Part shown: piece by piece, positions 49,265-61,506 of the stretch
How positions within the stretch are numbered: the stretch's first letter is position 1
How the letters are laid out: every line of letters begins with the position of its first letter
Origin: Lingula anatina
Taxonomy: Eukaryota; Animalia; Brachiopoda
Reading direction: 5' to 3'
Assembly (NCBI GenBank): GCA_051362555.1
Contig: CM120641.1
Span: 26,604,401-26,668,400, forward strand
DNA length: 64,000 nt
Translations under genes and position numbers: made by a program
The notes under the pieces: generated by a model
What the model was told of the DNA's origin: nothing
Databases searched by the model: none
Seen by the model: only the letters and a program-made list of their open reading frames with translations

Positions 49265-52200
49265 ATGGCTGTGGCAATTCCCACAGTAAAGGCGGCTGAG
49301 TCGATTGAAAACGACAGTGATATCACAAATAATTTACCTACTTTACAATTTGAAAGTGCATTAACCGATGAAGAAAAAGACCTTCTGGTACTTCGTGCGA
49401 GATCACACGCTATAACTGTGTCAGCATGTGCTCAGGCAACTTATTTGGCAGCTGTTTTTAATGAAATTAGGTGGGTGCACTTTGATTTTGTTTACATTCT
49501 GTAATACTTATATACTTTTGAAAATAATCAGTAAAGGCCTTTTGGTTTCTTGATATATAGTCATAACTCATTTAATTGGGAACATTGATACTCGTTTATA
49601 ACAAAAATTTGAACAGCTTTTTATTTACTGTATACCAAATATTATATTGTGAATGTAAGCATAACCCAGACACAGCAGCTACAGTAGGCTTTTGTTATTG
49701 GAAGTCACACTTTATATGTATCATTATGATAAGATTCAAACAAAATACAATAATATGTATCTTCAGACAAATTCGAGCAGAACTTCGGCACCCAAAACTG
49801 AAGAAGTCCAAACTGTTACAGGAGGCAACCCCAAGGGATCCTCTTTTAGTTGGCATTATTGGTTGCGGGAAGCTGGGGAGTCAGCTGGCAAACTGTCTAC
49901 TAACGTATGCAGATGTCAGACCTGAGGAGTTAAAAATTTCATCAAGAAGACCTGAAACATTAGGTAAAAAATAAAACAACATGATATTTCATACTTTGTC
50001 TTTTAAAGTACAGTATGTAACAAAATATGTTGCAAGATATATTAATATGCTTGAATTACTACCGTTAGTAAAGTTTCCTACATTACAACTATACATGTAG
50101 TTTTTAGTTACTATTCTACTTGAAAGGGATAATCTGATATGGGGCATTCCGTGGTATTCGTTTTGCATTATGGATGGAATTTTGACACTTTAAAAATAAA
50201 TTCTACAAAAACTATAATACATACATTGTTCAAATTTGGCAGGAATATTGATAAGTGCAAGCCTAAACTTGTGACCAAAAAACTTGAAATAACATTTATT
50301 AGTTTAGGAGAAATATTGGTTATTGATCACCATTACGGACAGAAAAAAATGGACAAGCGTTTTTATTAATCAACTTCAACTTCAAAACTCTGCTCTGTTT
50401 GTGGCTTTTTAAAGATAAAACTGCATTGACATGACAATTTCATTATTCTAGTTACTAGAAATGTAAAAGGTTATTGAAAAAAAATTTTTTTTTGTTATGA
50501 AATTTTGAAGTTTAAAAAATCATGTCAGATTACGGACGGAAAATTACGGACGGAAAATTTTCCACAGTGCAAAACTTACACAGAAGCCATTAAAAAAGTA
50601 CAATTAATCATTTATTCATGGTTAAAGTTAACTATTTACTAATTACATACATAATAGAAAGTTATTTTTGATGGCAACTCAAATATTTTTGTGAGCTATT
50701 TCAAATTACAAAAATCAACTACAGTGTACACTTTCAGGAATAAGAGATTCCTTGCGTTCTGATATAGTCATTGTTTAAAATGCTGTGTTGAATGCTCATT
50801 CAGAATAGCTACATTTTAAAAGTCTTTTTTTTTTTTTTTCCATGCTAAAGTTTAAACAGTTTGTTTTTATTCTGACACATTAAGATCAACAGAGAATTTG
50901 TATCTCTGGCATTGGTCCATCACAGGGAATGGTAAAAGTTTGATAATTTGGTCATTGGAAATCCACGGTCTTCTTGAGAAGGAAAAGCAAATAGTGTTTT
51001 TGACTTGTCCTTTGCTCAGAGAAAAGTTACTTCTATATCACCTCCATCTATGAATATAATTTGACCTAAATAATCTTTACTGTTAATCTCTGAACCAGGA
51101 CATAGGATACTTTCAGGTAAGTGGCATGTTGCCAAAACAAAGGCCTGGCCTCTAGTCATCTTTGATTAATTGCGGTCAGTAATTATCTTAACTGGTTATC
51201 TCCCAGGTATATGCAACATGTATATGACAGGTAAGTGATCAGAAGCACATTTTATCTTCAAATTGCAATCAAAGTAACTGAAAATATCCAGGAGAAGCCA
51301 TGATCATAAGTGATCCTTAAGGTGCAATTCAAATGCCACTAATTGACAAGTGAGACAGATGTTTACAAGTCTTGCCAGGTAAGAAAAAGCACTTTTTGAC
51401 TTTAAATCCTGCATTTTTGAATAATCTTTTTTTTCTAAATTAACCTTTATAAGGGAAACAGTTCTTCTTTAGTTTTAAAATTCATAAATCTATTTCTTGA
51501 GTATGCCACATGAAACCACTCAGTAGAAATGTTATAGCCAGGTAGCTATGCCTTTCCGTCCGTAATGCTAATTTTCCGTCCATAATGATTTTTTATTATG
51601 AAATTACTTTGTCATCAAACATGTTTAAAACAATTTTTTTTGGATATTTGGTAAACATAGGACTAGTGTGAGGAGAATATGAAAGGAAATTTTTTTTTGC
51701 CAAGTAGTCTTTAAAAAAACTTAAAAAATAGAGCCCAAATCATTACGGACGGAAAAAACGACTTTGGATTAATGATTAATTAACTATTTTTTAAAGACTT
51801 CACTTGATTTTTTATGTGTTTACCTCAAGGAATTGCTGTAATTTATGTCTCAATTGAAAGATATTGATTGAAATTTATTTTGAGTGTTACATGCAAAAAA
51901 TAAAAAATTCCGTCCGTAATGCTAATTTTCACATTTTTCAAGTTTAACGCGCTATAAAATCATGAATTCAAAAAATACAGGTAAATCTTTTACAAATTCT
52001 TATCCCCTGAAGTCTCTTCTTTCAGAAAATCCAACTTTTGATTGATTTTTGTACATTTGAAAATTTTATGCCCAGGACACAAATACCACGGAATGGCCCA
52101 TATATAAAGATGAAATCATTTAAAGATATATTAGAAAAAATCAAAGTGGCTAAAATTTATTTTTCATCCAACCCCTTTTTAAAATACTTTCTGATATGAA

Positions 52201-53604
52201 GACAGTTAAACCACTATCCTCGGTAACTTAATCAAGTGTAAATGACAGTAAAGGGCTATTATTCTACATAAATATAATGTTAGGTATACATACCTAGGTA
52301 ATGCCTCTTTTAATGATTTTTCACATACATGTAATATTAAACACATGTTTTATCAGGCATATGTCTGTATGTTTCAGGTGATCTACAGGACAGAGGTGTG
52401 AGGTGCTTCCATGACAATGCCAGAGTGGCATCCTCAGTTCACTTATTATTCATATGTGTCCTACCATCTCAGTTACAAACTGTTGGAGATGAAATCAAAG
52501 GACTCATTCCCTCTCAGTGTGTTGTGTATAGCCTTGTTAATGCCGTCCCCATTTCCAGATTGAAGCATTTGTTAGGCACCACAAATATCCTCAAACCTCA
52601 GTTTAAGTGGGACTTAGAGAATGGGAATTTGCCATGGGACTATACACTTGATATCAATGGAGCAATAGAAACTATGTCAATGATGAAAAAGACGTGTCCT
52701 TTGTATCAAAATAAAGCTGGTGAGTTTTCAGAATGGATCCACTGTCATAGAAAATATTGTGTCAAACTGATTTTATAAAATTTAGTATACCATTTGAGTT
52801 GAGAATATTTTGCTAGGTATTCAGTGAACAAAAAATTAATATGTATATTAATTTTACTTTGAAACTGCAATATCAGGTATTTGTTATTCTCTTTTTTTAA
52901 ATGTAAAACCTAACTATATTTGGGGATTTTCAGATGCTATTGTTTATACAGAAGAAAAGTATGCAGAACTTTTGCTCTATACCATCATCAACTTTTGCAC
53001 AAGTCTGCGACTTTGCAGACCAGAGGTGTTAGACATAATAAATGCTGTGGTATTTGGACAAACTAATGGAGAGGATACTCCTGTAGTTAGAGAGAAGGAG
53101 ATTACTAAGAAACCTGCAGATGCAGATAAGTAAGAACATTTTTTTTTTTTTTTTTTTTTTTGTAAAACCATCAAATTTCTTTCCTTGTATCTTTTTTTTC
53201 TTTTAGGTGGAACGTTCAATGTAATGATTAATCTTTCTGATATTAAATCAAGCAACTTCTGCAAGGTTAGAAAGTTGAAATAAAACCCACTGAATTATTA
53301 CCAGGGAGATGCCAAGAAATAGAGATGTCTACCTACCAAAAGAGCCTATTTTATCCCATTTTATCCCATTGTCAAGAATTAATGGAGAGTATGATCCATT
53401 ATTAGTTCAATCATGTCTTTTTTCAGCTTGTTTCCTAGATTTGACTTGACAGCGCTAGCAGAGGGGAAGTTAACAACTCTTGGAAAAAAGATAATACGAG
53501 ATGAGGCTGTGAGAGCAAGCTTTATCAAGAAATACTGTGGAGTCATCGAACAGTACTTACAGTGGAAACGATATCATGAAAATTTGAAAACGAGAGGATT
53601 TTGA
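49265..53604 (+). CDS. NOXRED1: NADP-dependent oxidoreductase domain-containing protein 1 (P5CR-like Rossmann fold), 5 exons, about 372 aa
   Basis: Exons 49265-49470, 49767-49963, 52378-52719, 52934-53129, 53427-53604 join in frame (1119 nt). Motifs: VGIIGCGKLGSQLA, ISSRRPETLGDLQDRGVRCFHDN, FICVLPSQL, VYSLVNAVPISRLKHLLGTTNILKPQF. Confidence 0.9.
50141..52099. mobile_element. About 1.96-kb non-autonomous DNA transposon, Sola2-like (GGG ends, 4-bp TSD)
   Basis: ATAT|GGGGCATTCCGTGGTATT ... AATACCACGGAATGGCCC|ATAT. The subterminal motif ATTACGGACGGAA recurs in both orientations (about 50332, 50529, 50544, 51555, 51574, 51742, 51908). Decayed coding relic at about 50885-51110 (-). The superfamily is inferred from termini and TSD length only. 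Confidence 0.7.
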
Positions 53605-56600
53605 ATAAATTTTTTAACTGATTGCAGGCTGTAAGATAATGGACATTTATCTTGTGTCTGTATGGCTGTGATATTGTATTGCACAGTTTGTACATACACA
53701 CTGTAGGATGGTGTGTGTGTGGGGGGGGAGGCAATAAAACTTTTTCCATATATTTTTCGAATTAAGTGTTATGTGTTATTTTTGTCTGTTTAAGACCATG
53801 ATTTTATGCTTCTTAATAAAAAAAATATACTGTGCCTGAGCAGAAACACTGAAAAAGTCATTGTTGTTCTTTTCTCTGTTTAATTTAAAATTTATTTTTT
53901 TTTCATTTTATTTTCAATTAATTTTCATTATCAGGGCCTCGACTATAACATGCAAATATTTATTTATAACGTTTTTATTAATAAAATTGTTCACTGCAAT
54001 GATTTTAACTTTGGAGTTTAACATTCGATTGTAATTTCACAATTAGTTTTAATAGGGGTTAGTATTTGTTTTAGCTATGTAGCATATCTAAATCCCAGAT
54101 ATCTAATTGGGACTGTTGCATAATTCTTATATTATCAACGCAATTTCCTTGTAGTCCAGTCATCATTCCAAACACACACACATTACAAACGCACGTTCTC
54201 CCCAGTAGTCATCGTAAATGCGACACGCCCACTCATTCCAATCATTAGGTCATCCTCCAATATTCACGAGGTCAGCGTGACCACTAAACACACAAGCGCA
54301 GTCGAACCGTCTTCTCCACACGATACGCTGACACGTGGAATGATTCTGAGAAGACTTCAATAAGGTACGAAATTTACCTGTCTGTTATAACTGACCACTT
54401 TCCTCCTTGCCTCAACCACCATATGGACTGTCTACTTATTTTAGCACACAGATCAATCCTAGCAGCGATTTCACCTATGCCACCTTCAATAATAATATTA
54501 TACGATCTAGTTATTGTATTGAACGTTTGAAACGGTATTTCTGCTCAAGGACCGCTGGGTGCTCACCGTGACGACCATACAACTATTATTCCTCCCACAT
54601 ATTATAATATATTGGTGATTATACACGATCTGGAGTGCTGGACTGCCGTTGGTGTACAGTACATGTTGTGTTCTAAAGATGTGAAATTGTTTAATTTTCT
54701 TTTTACCTTGTTGCGTTATACCAGTTTTTAAAAATCGTTTTGGTGCCCGTTTAAGAACCCCGAAGCATGCTTATAGTAGAGAAACGAGTCTCCAGTCTCC
54801 TCTGAAACTCGGGAGTGATTTGATTATTCCAAGGATCAGCTATTGTTTCAGTCTACTTAAAGAAAGGTGGCTGTTTACTTTAAGACAGTTCCATTTTTGC
54901 TTTGGTTTCCATAAACAAAGCTACCTTCAAAGTTGTGCTTGATAAAACACAGATAAATGACAAGATCGTTTACTAACAACTCAAGTACTTCAGTGGTTTA
55001 ACATTATAATGCGTGCCTTTTCCTAATATATAAAATTTCAACTTTTTCGTAAAAAAACAACAAAGAAGCGATGAAGTATTGAAGCGTCCCAGGTAATGTC
55101 AAGGGCAAAACGTCAATTAAACAAGTATCTGTGCTTGTGCGTTGAATATTCTGTTAAAGAAAACAAATAGTTAATATATTGAAAAAGTAATAAACTGTCA
55201 AACTGAAATGAAGTGAGAAGCGCTGTTTCATATCAAGCTGTGGATATAAACGCAAACGCAATTTGAAATCATTCTTTCAAGTGCGTTTTCTGAGCAGCGG
55301 GTTTTACGTTTCTTAACAACATGAAGAGACATCTTTCTTTTAAAGGGTGAATAATTGGTATGGAATGCTCCATTATAACCAATTTGTATTTTACTTTTTT
55401 ACTTGATGCTTTATGTCAACTGTTCCCAATCATTTAAATCATTTAATGTATTTCCGATATTGATTTAGATTTTTTTTTCGGACTGAACGAAATACTTTGT
55501 CATCACTCGACATTATGCGCCTAGTTGCTCATGATCTCGAATTTAGACCTAATTTATTTATTTTTGATTTATTTATTAAATATCATCCATAGAGTAGAAA
55601 CATTTCAAACTTATCATGTTTTAACTTAAAAGTAACGCTAAATAATTGCAAAATTCGTCATCAATATGAAACAGACATCTCGAAACAGTAACAATTTTAT
55701 TTCCTTAATAAAATGTGGTGCCAAGCTTGCTGTAATTTCACAAGTAAAATATTTCAATGTCCGGAAAAAACCTTTTTGATTTCGTAAATCTTACAATACA
55801 TGCATTTTCGCTCATACGCCTCTATTTCCTTTGTTTATATGTAAACTTTATACAGACAATTAGGAGATTGCTACTCCGTGCAGCCCTTGGCTTTCAACAG
55901 TCTCAGTGTTATAAGTAAACTCACTTGTCAGCACAAATGCCAACTCTGAATTGAGCAAGATTTATATAGCGATATATTTTTTTCCAATCTGCCGTAAATC
56001 TAATCGTGAAGTCCATTATAAACGGCTACCTCAAATTCACCAGTTATTTGTTTTATTTACGGCGTTAATGCCCCTGGTTTGTTTTACATACCTGCGTTTT
56101 TTAATGGTTTGTTTAGTAGCGAAGACCAAACTTTTCGCTGGTGATAAATGACCATTACTCGGTGTGCTGTCATTCGGTGACGTATGAGATAAACCGAGGG
56201 GTTGACAGGACCAATGTGAGAAACAACAAGACGGTCTATTTATACTTATGGTATACAACAACATCAATATCGTTTAAAATGCCTTGGCCTTTGCATGTGT
56301 GGTCTGTCCGTTTGTTCTCTGAAAAAAAAAAAGATGTATCTGTCTGTTGTTGCTTTTTACGAAAATGAAAAGATGGTCATTTGTTTGGACGTTTCTTTTG
56401 GAGGCCCAAGAAAGTACTAAAAGACAAAAAATATCCACAAATACATGATTAATCTATTACGTTTTAAGCAATTAATTCTAAACCACAAACATTATTAATT
56501 AGATGCCTAGTCTGTAACGAGAAAATGGATTCCACCATTTCGTTTGCCGAGTATCTTCGGTGCCGTTGAGCCAGACCTCTCAACGCGGGGTATCATTTTG

Positions 56601-58257
56601 ACTGGCAGACTGCAGACATCGATTTCAACGTCGAGTGTTTAAATTCATCAATTAACGAATTTGTCAAATCGTTTCAGAGCTAATTAGGCATTAGGTCTCT
56701 CAAAGGTGGGATTTATTTAGCTTTTATTGGAAGTTGTTATTGTTAATGGGTTCTAGATAGGGAGCGTCATTTTTCATTGCGCTCTTGACTTGACTTGCGT
56801 ATACAAACAAATTGTCGTGAAAGTGACCACGGCGGGTTTGGAATGCTATACCCTTGCAATCGCTTGTAGAAACTGGAGCAGGAAAAGGAAAGTATTCATT
56901 TAAAATGTATCTCTTACTTAATCTCTCATGTATATTAAGTAAAAAGGAACAGTAAAAAATACCAATCCTTCAAATATCTGCTTTTGTAGGAAATATCATG
57001 AAATAGAAGTAATTTCTATTGAGAACGCATTTGTTTGTGTTCTTGCAGATTTCCCTGAACAATTGTTAGTTTAATAACATTTAATCCGATTTGAAGTGAA
57101 GTGCAAATAAATATGAAAATTGATTGTGCTATTTTGGGTTTCACCTAATAGAGCACTTTATTAGGTTATGCTACATTTTACTAGAATTACACGTGTTAGG
57201 CAATAAAAGATGCTTAGAAAACAGTCCCGAGAAACATCATCCTTAACGGCTGTTCATTCAATCGAGGGATATGTTTCGAAAATATGCCAACGTATCTGAA
57301 ATATTACCCAAGATGCTATAGGCACTAGACACTTTTCGATGTACAGTATGGCTCGCATCACTTGGTGATCTTTCGCCGTATCAACTATAAAGGTTATGAT
57401 AATAGCAATTCATTTAACTGTAACATAAACAGTAGCTTAACCTTGATATATCTTTTCTTGGCACTTCCGCTCGTTTTTAATGTACTGTGATGATAGAAAA
57501 GACTGTTGCTGAACTTTTATTTTTCCACTAACGCTTTCTTATCACACCTCTAGTGCGCATTGTTGGGGCAACACAAATAATGTCAAAGTGAAAAACAAGA
57601 GCAACGGTCCTCAAAGCTTTTTATACTTATTTGCTAAGTACACTCTTTCTCTCTGTTTATCTGGTTATCCCTAAAATGAAGCTTGATAAATGTCAGCTGC
57701 AAACCCCAAATTTGCCAATTGTCAGCTTAATTTTGAAAAACCGCAATTTTTAATCGAAAGCCATAGTCCAATTTAATTAGACGATGTGCAGAATGCCTTC
57801 GCACTTTTCCAGCTACGGTTCACAAATAAAAGTCCAAATAAAACGCATTTCTTGTTCGATTGAGCAGTGCCGATGAAAAGTATTTCCTTTCCTCTGTTTG
57901 TCTTACTCTATTTCGAAGAACATTCGGTACAGATTAGGTTAATCGAATATGCACTTTAGACATTTTACAGCCGTCCCCCACCACGTTCGTCACACTACAA
58001 TAATTTGGCAAAGGTAAATAGTAAGAGGTTACGTAAACTCCAATAAAAGTTTCAGCCGTTGATAGCTATAGTTTTCTGTTTCCTTAAATGTTTTTCTTGG
58101 CGTTATATTAAAAAGAGAATTGACATCCGTGAAGATCCCGAAGTACAGCAAGAATAAGTTCCTTTTAGTCTTTTACTGGCATTTCTTTTTGTACATCAAG
58201 TAAAAACCATGGCAAATTTGTTAACGTTTTACTGTCAAGTATAAAAAGACGTATCTT

Positions 58258-60888
58258 TTAAGAGGACAGGCTCTGAGTAATAGGAATTTTTCCTCCGTCG
58301 TCTTTTGTTGATTCGGTTTCGTTCTTTTCTAAATGACGCTCCTCTTTTTCTTTTGCTTGTCTCCATTTCATTCGGCGGTTTTGAAACCAAACTTTAACCT
58401 AAAAATAGAGTTTTGTTCCAATAAACGCCAATTTATCAGTAAGAAAACCTTACGGACTCGATTTTTTGGTAGGTTTTTCAACAGCAGTATTTGTCTTATT
58501 CGTTGACGGAATCGGACAATCGAGTTTGAAACTTAAACTAAAACTAAAATTAAACCTAAACTGTGATACATGTAGCACAACAAATAAAGACAGTGCAACA
58601 AATTAAATCTTTTTCTCGGATTTCTTTACCTGTGCGTCGGTAAGTCCAAGCATTGCTGCTATTTGCCGGCGGTCGTTCTTCGAGACGTATTTCTGTAGCT
58701 CGAAGCGTTTTTCCAAGCCCTTTCTCTGGAGAGAGGAAAATACAGCCCGTGTCCACGAGCGTTTTCTCCTCCCAGAGGTAGCCGCAATGGCGAAAGGGTC
58801 CGTATGCCTCCCTATTACCGAGTATGGACCTTGGTGAACAAAACATACACAAATCTCATTTTGAAAATATACTAACTTGTAGAGACGTAACTAATTACAA
58901 AAACTTAAATATGTCTTTAATATAACTATTAGGTAACATGTTCCACTTAATATGAAAATCGTTATAATCGTTTCAGTATGACCAATTCCATTCCTCTAAA
59001 AATGATCCTTACCGAAATAAAATCAATATCAAATTTTGGCTTGGCAGAAAAAAAATCATGTTTCCAGGGAAACATTTTGATATTTAAGAAACCCAATAAC
59101 ATCCCCAATCTATATATTACAGTTTAGATCAATGCGCAAAAATGTATTCTACGGTCTTTATATAGGGGAGACGATTTCTTAGCACTATTACAAAATGATG
59201 TGATCAATTTTTTAATCCATAGTTACTTTGTCATAAATTGATGGGGGGCAACTTACCCCGGGGTCCAACTAGCCCCGGTCTCCCCTAAATTGATAATCCC
59301 TCTGAATTACAATCGCATTACACTACTTTTTTCAGATTTTACAAAAGAAAAAAAATAGATGAAATTATTTCGACACGATCATTCCAAATGATTATTTTTT
59401 CTTACATGCAATGTTATAAATTTTTATATAATACTTGACAAATTTTAATTTTGTAATATGCAAAAATCGGCTTATAGACAAATAGGTGATAAACTATTCC
59501 TCATAAATTCCTAAACTTTTTAAAGTTTCCACGACAAATGAGAAAAATGGTTCAGCTTGGGCATCAGTGAAAATTTATGATAGTCTTAGAACCCCTAAAA
59601 TCGTTAAGTTCAATGCAACGATGTTGTCTTTACTTAATTTACTGCGAATAATAATTATTTATTTATGCGCAGAACTTTAGGAATTCTGCACAAATAAAAA
59701 AAATAAAACATACATGTACTTTTTGTTATGGCTAATTCACAATGGTGAAGAAAAATACCATAAATCAATTCATGGGATGCAGAAAGTATATTAAATTATA
59801 TAGATACTTGTAATGTATATTCACTCCCCACTTACAAAGTACTTGGCAATCCGCATTTTTCGTATATTTTAGTTCGGATGAAAACTTATTCATAATTCTA
59901 CTTTTTTCACTCTTGGCATTAACTTACATTATTACCTGGAAAAACTGAAGGTCCAAAGCATTTTGTGTCAAATATTCGTTGACGCGATCCAACTTGATCG
60001 GATAAAGGAAACGTATAGGGTGACGCCATGACCGATTCCCTGCCACCGGCTACCCATTTCTCCGGCGGCAAAAAATAATGCTGGTTGTATAGGGCTTTGG
60101 AATTAGAACAGAAAAATGTTTTTTAAAAAAGAGATGGCAAAATTAATGTTAAGATCTTAAATCATAAATCGGCAATTGTTTGGATAAATTTACCAGGGGA
60201 AAAATTTTAATTGTACTTAATGTCAACCATGACACATTGGTTTTTATTTATTTACGACTTTCATGATCAAAGAGAAATCAGCAGAATGTAAAATCATAAA
60301 TCGGTAGTCGTTTGAATAAATTTGCTAGAGGAAATTTTACAATTGTTTTTAATGTCAACCATGATATATTTCTTTTTATATGTCCAAAACTTTCATGATA
60401 GCAGTACGTAATTCATACTAGGTAAAATAAGTGCATAATATCTTTTAAAAACTATGGCCGACAACCTTACCTTTGCCTGGGTGAAAATGGTCGGCCTTAA
60501 AGGTGGGCTCACCGCCACTCTCATTAAAAACAATCCTGTCTATTCCAAATTTTAGATCTCTGCTTCGTATTCCCACAGTCGCCTGTGTCGTCCAGTTGTA
60601 ACCTGAATACAGCAACAAAGGCATAAGGGATGGAGGGATGTTTCCGAACCCTTTCATGTCTCTAGAAACCGCAAAAGATTCTTTCAAGCAGCGCTTTTCG
60701 TTCAGCTGTTTTTCTAATCCCAGCTCGTTGGTTTGAACGAAATGATTTCTCCGAACATCGAGCCCATCTTTGATTCCATTTACGAAATTGAAATTAAGAC
60801 TTGAACTGCAAGTTGTACCGGTCATATCGTGTCCAAACGATGGCCATAGGCGAGGGAACGATCGTTGATCCATGGCTGCTTTGCACAT
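58258..60888 (-). CDS. HLX: H2.0-like homeobox transcription factor (Hlx), 4 exons, about 305 aa
   Basis: Exons 60888-60471, 60094-59936, 58829-58630, 58398-58258 join in frame (918 nt; phases 1,1,0). eh1-like motif DLKFGIDRIV. Homeodomain RKRSWTRAVFSSLQRKGLEKRFELQKYVSKNDRRQIAAMLGLTDAQ|VKVWFQNRRMKWR matches Hlx. The start could alternatively be the ATG of MDQRS at 60873. Confidence 0.92.
59165..59285. mobile_element. Small TA-flanked MITE (Tc1/mariner-pogo-like ends) in Hlx intron 2
   Basis: TA|GGGGAGAC ... CAACTAGCCCCGGTCTCCCC|TA, with a subterminal CAACTT/AxCCCCG repeat. Confidence 0.55.
60160..60400. repeat. Diverged tandem duplication (about 131-bp period) in Hlx intron 1
   Basis: AAATCATAAATCGG...GTTTG.ATAAATTT...TAATGTCAACCATGA...ACTTTCATGAT occurs at about 60160 and 60291. 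Confidence 0.75.
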
Positions 60889-61506
60889 GTGACTATTTCA
60901 TGTATTACGCATTTGAATGAGAAATGCCTATTTTACTCGAAAAGTTATAATCAACTACTGACTTGTAACAAATTTCTGAAAATCCAGTCTGCAATTGCAT
61001 GATAATGCTCTTTATGGCATGCTTTTCAATGTCAAGAAGCGAAACTGGTGATGAATTTGGCGTTAGTATTGCTCGCTCGTAACCAATACATACCAGTGTT
61101 TACAGAAGGAGATTTTGGACACTGTCTGTCGTGGATTTAACCAATCAAATCGTTTTACAAGGCTTCAAGCTATTTCATTTCCCTCCCTCTTCCTGCTCGT
61201 GTATTTCACTTCACGTATTTTAAATGAATGATTTGCTGTGTAACAAATCACTGGTTGGAGATGTGTCCATGGAAAATTTACATGGGTGTATTTGAAGAAA
61301 TATTCGCATCAATCTACTTTAACTCTGAAATTTACATCTGACTGAATAACTTTTTTGCCCTTAAAGTTACGTTTTAATTTTGAAATCTTGACTGAATTGA
61401 ATCTACATGTAGCCCATATGATATGCTTTGAAGGTGTTTTTTTACATAAAGCATCAAATAGCTGACAATGTAAAAATCTTTATTCTGTTATCAAGTAAGA
61501 GATATG

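Noticed and set aside
54533-54580. LLKDRWVLTV resembling the trypsin WVLTAAHC motif
   Set aside because: Lacks the catalytic AAHC and upstream CGG, and no other protease exons are nearby.
58556-58852. 98-aa ORF in the ORF track
   Set aside because: Wrong-frame reading of Hlx exon 3.
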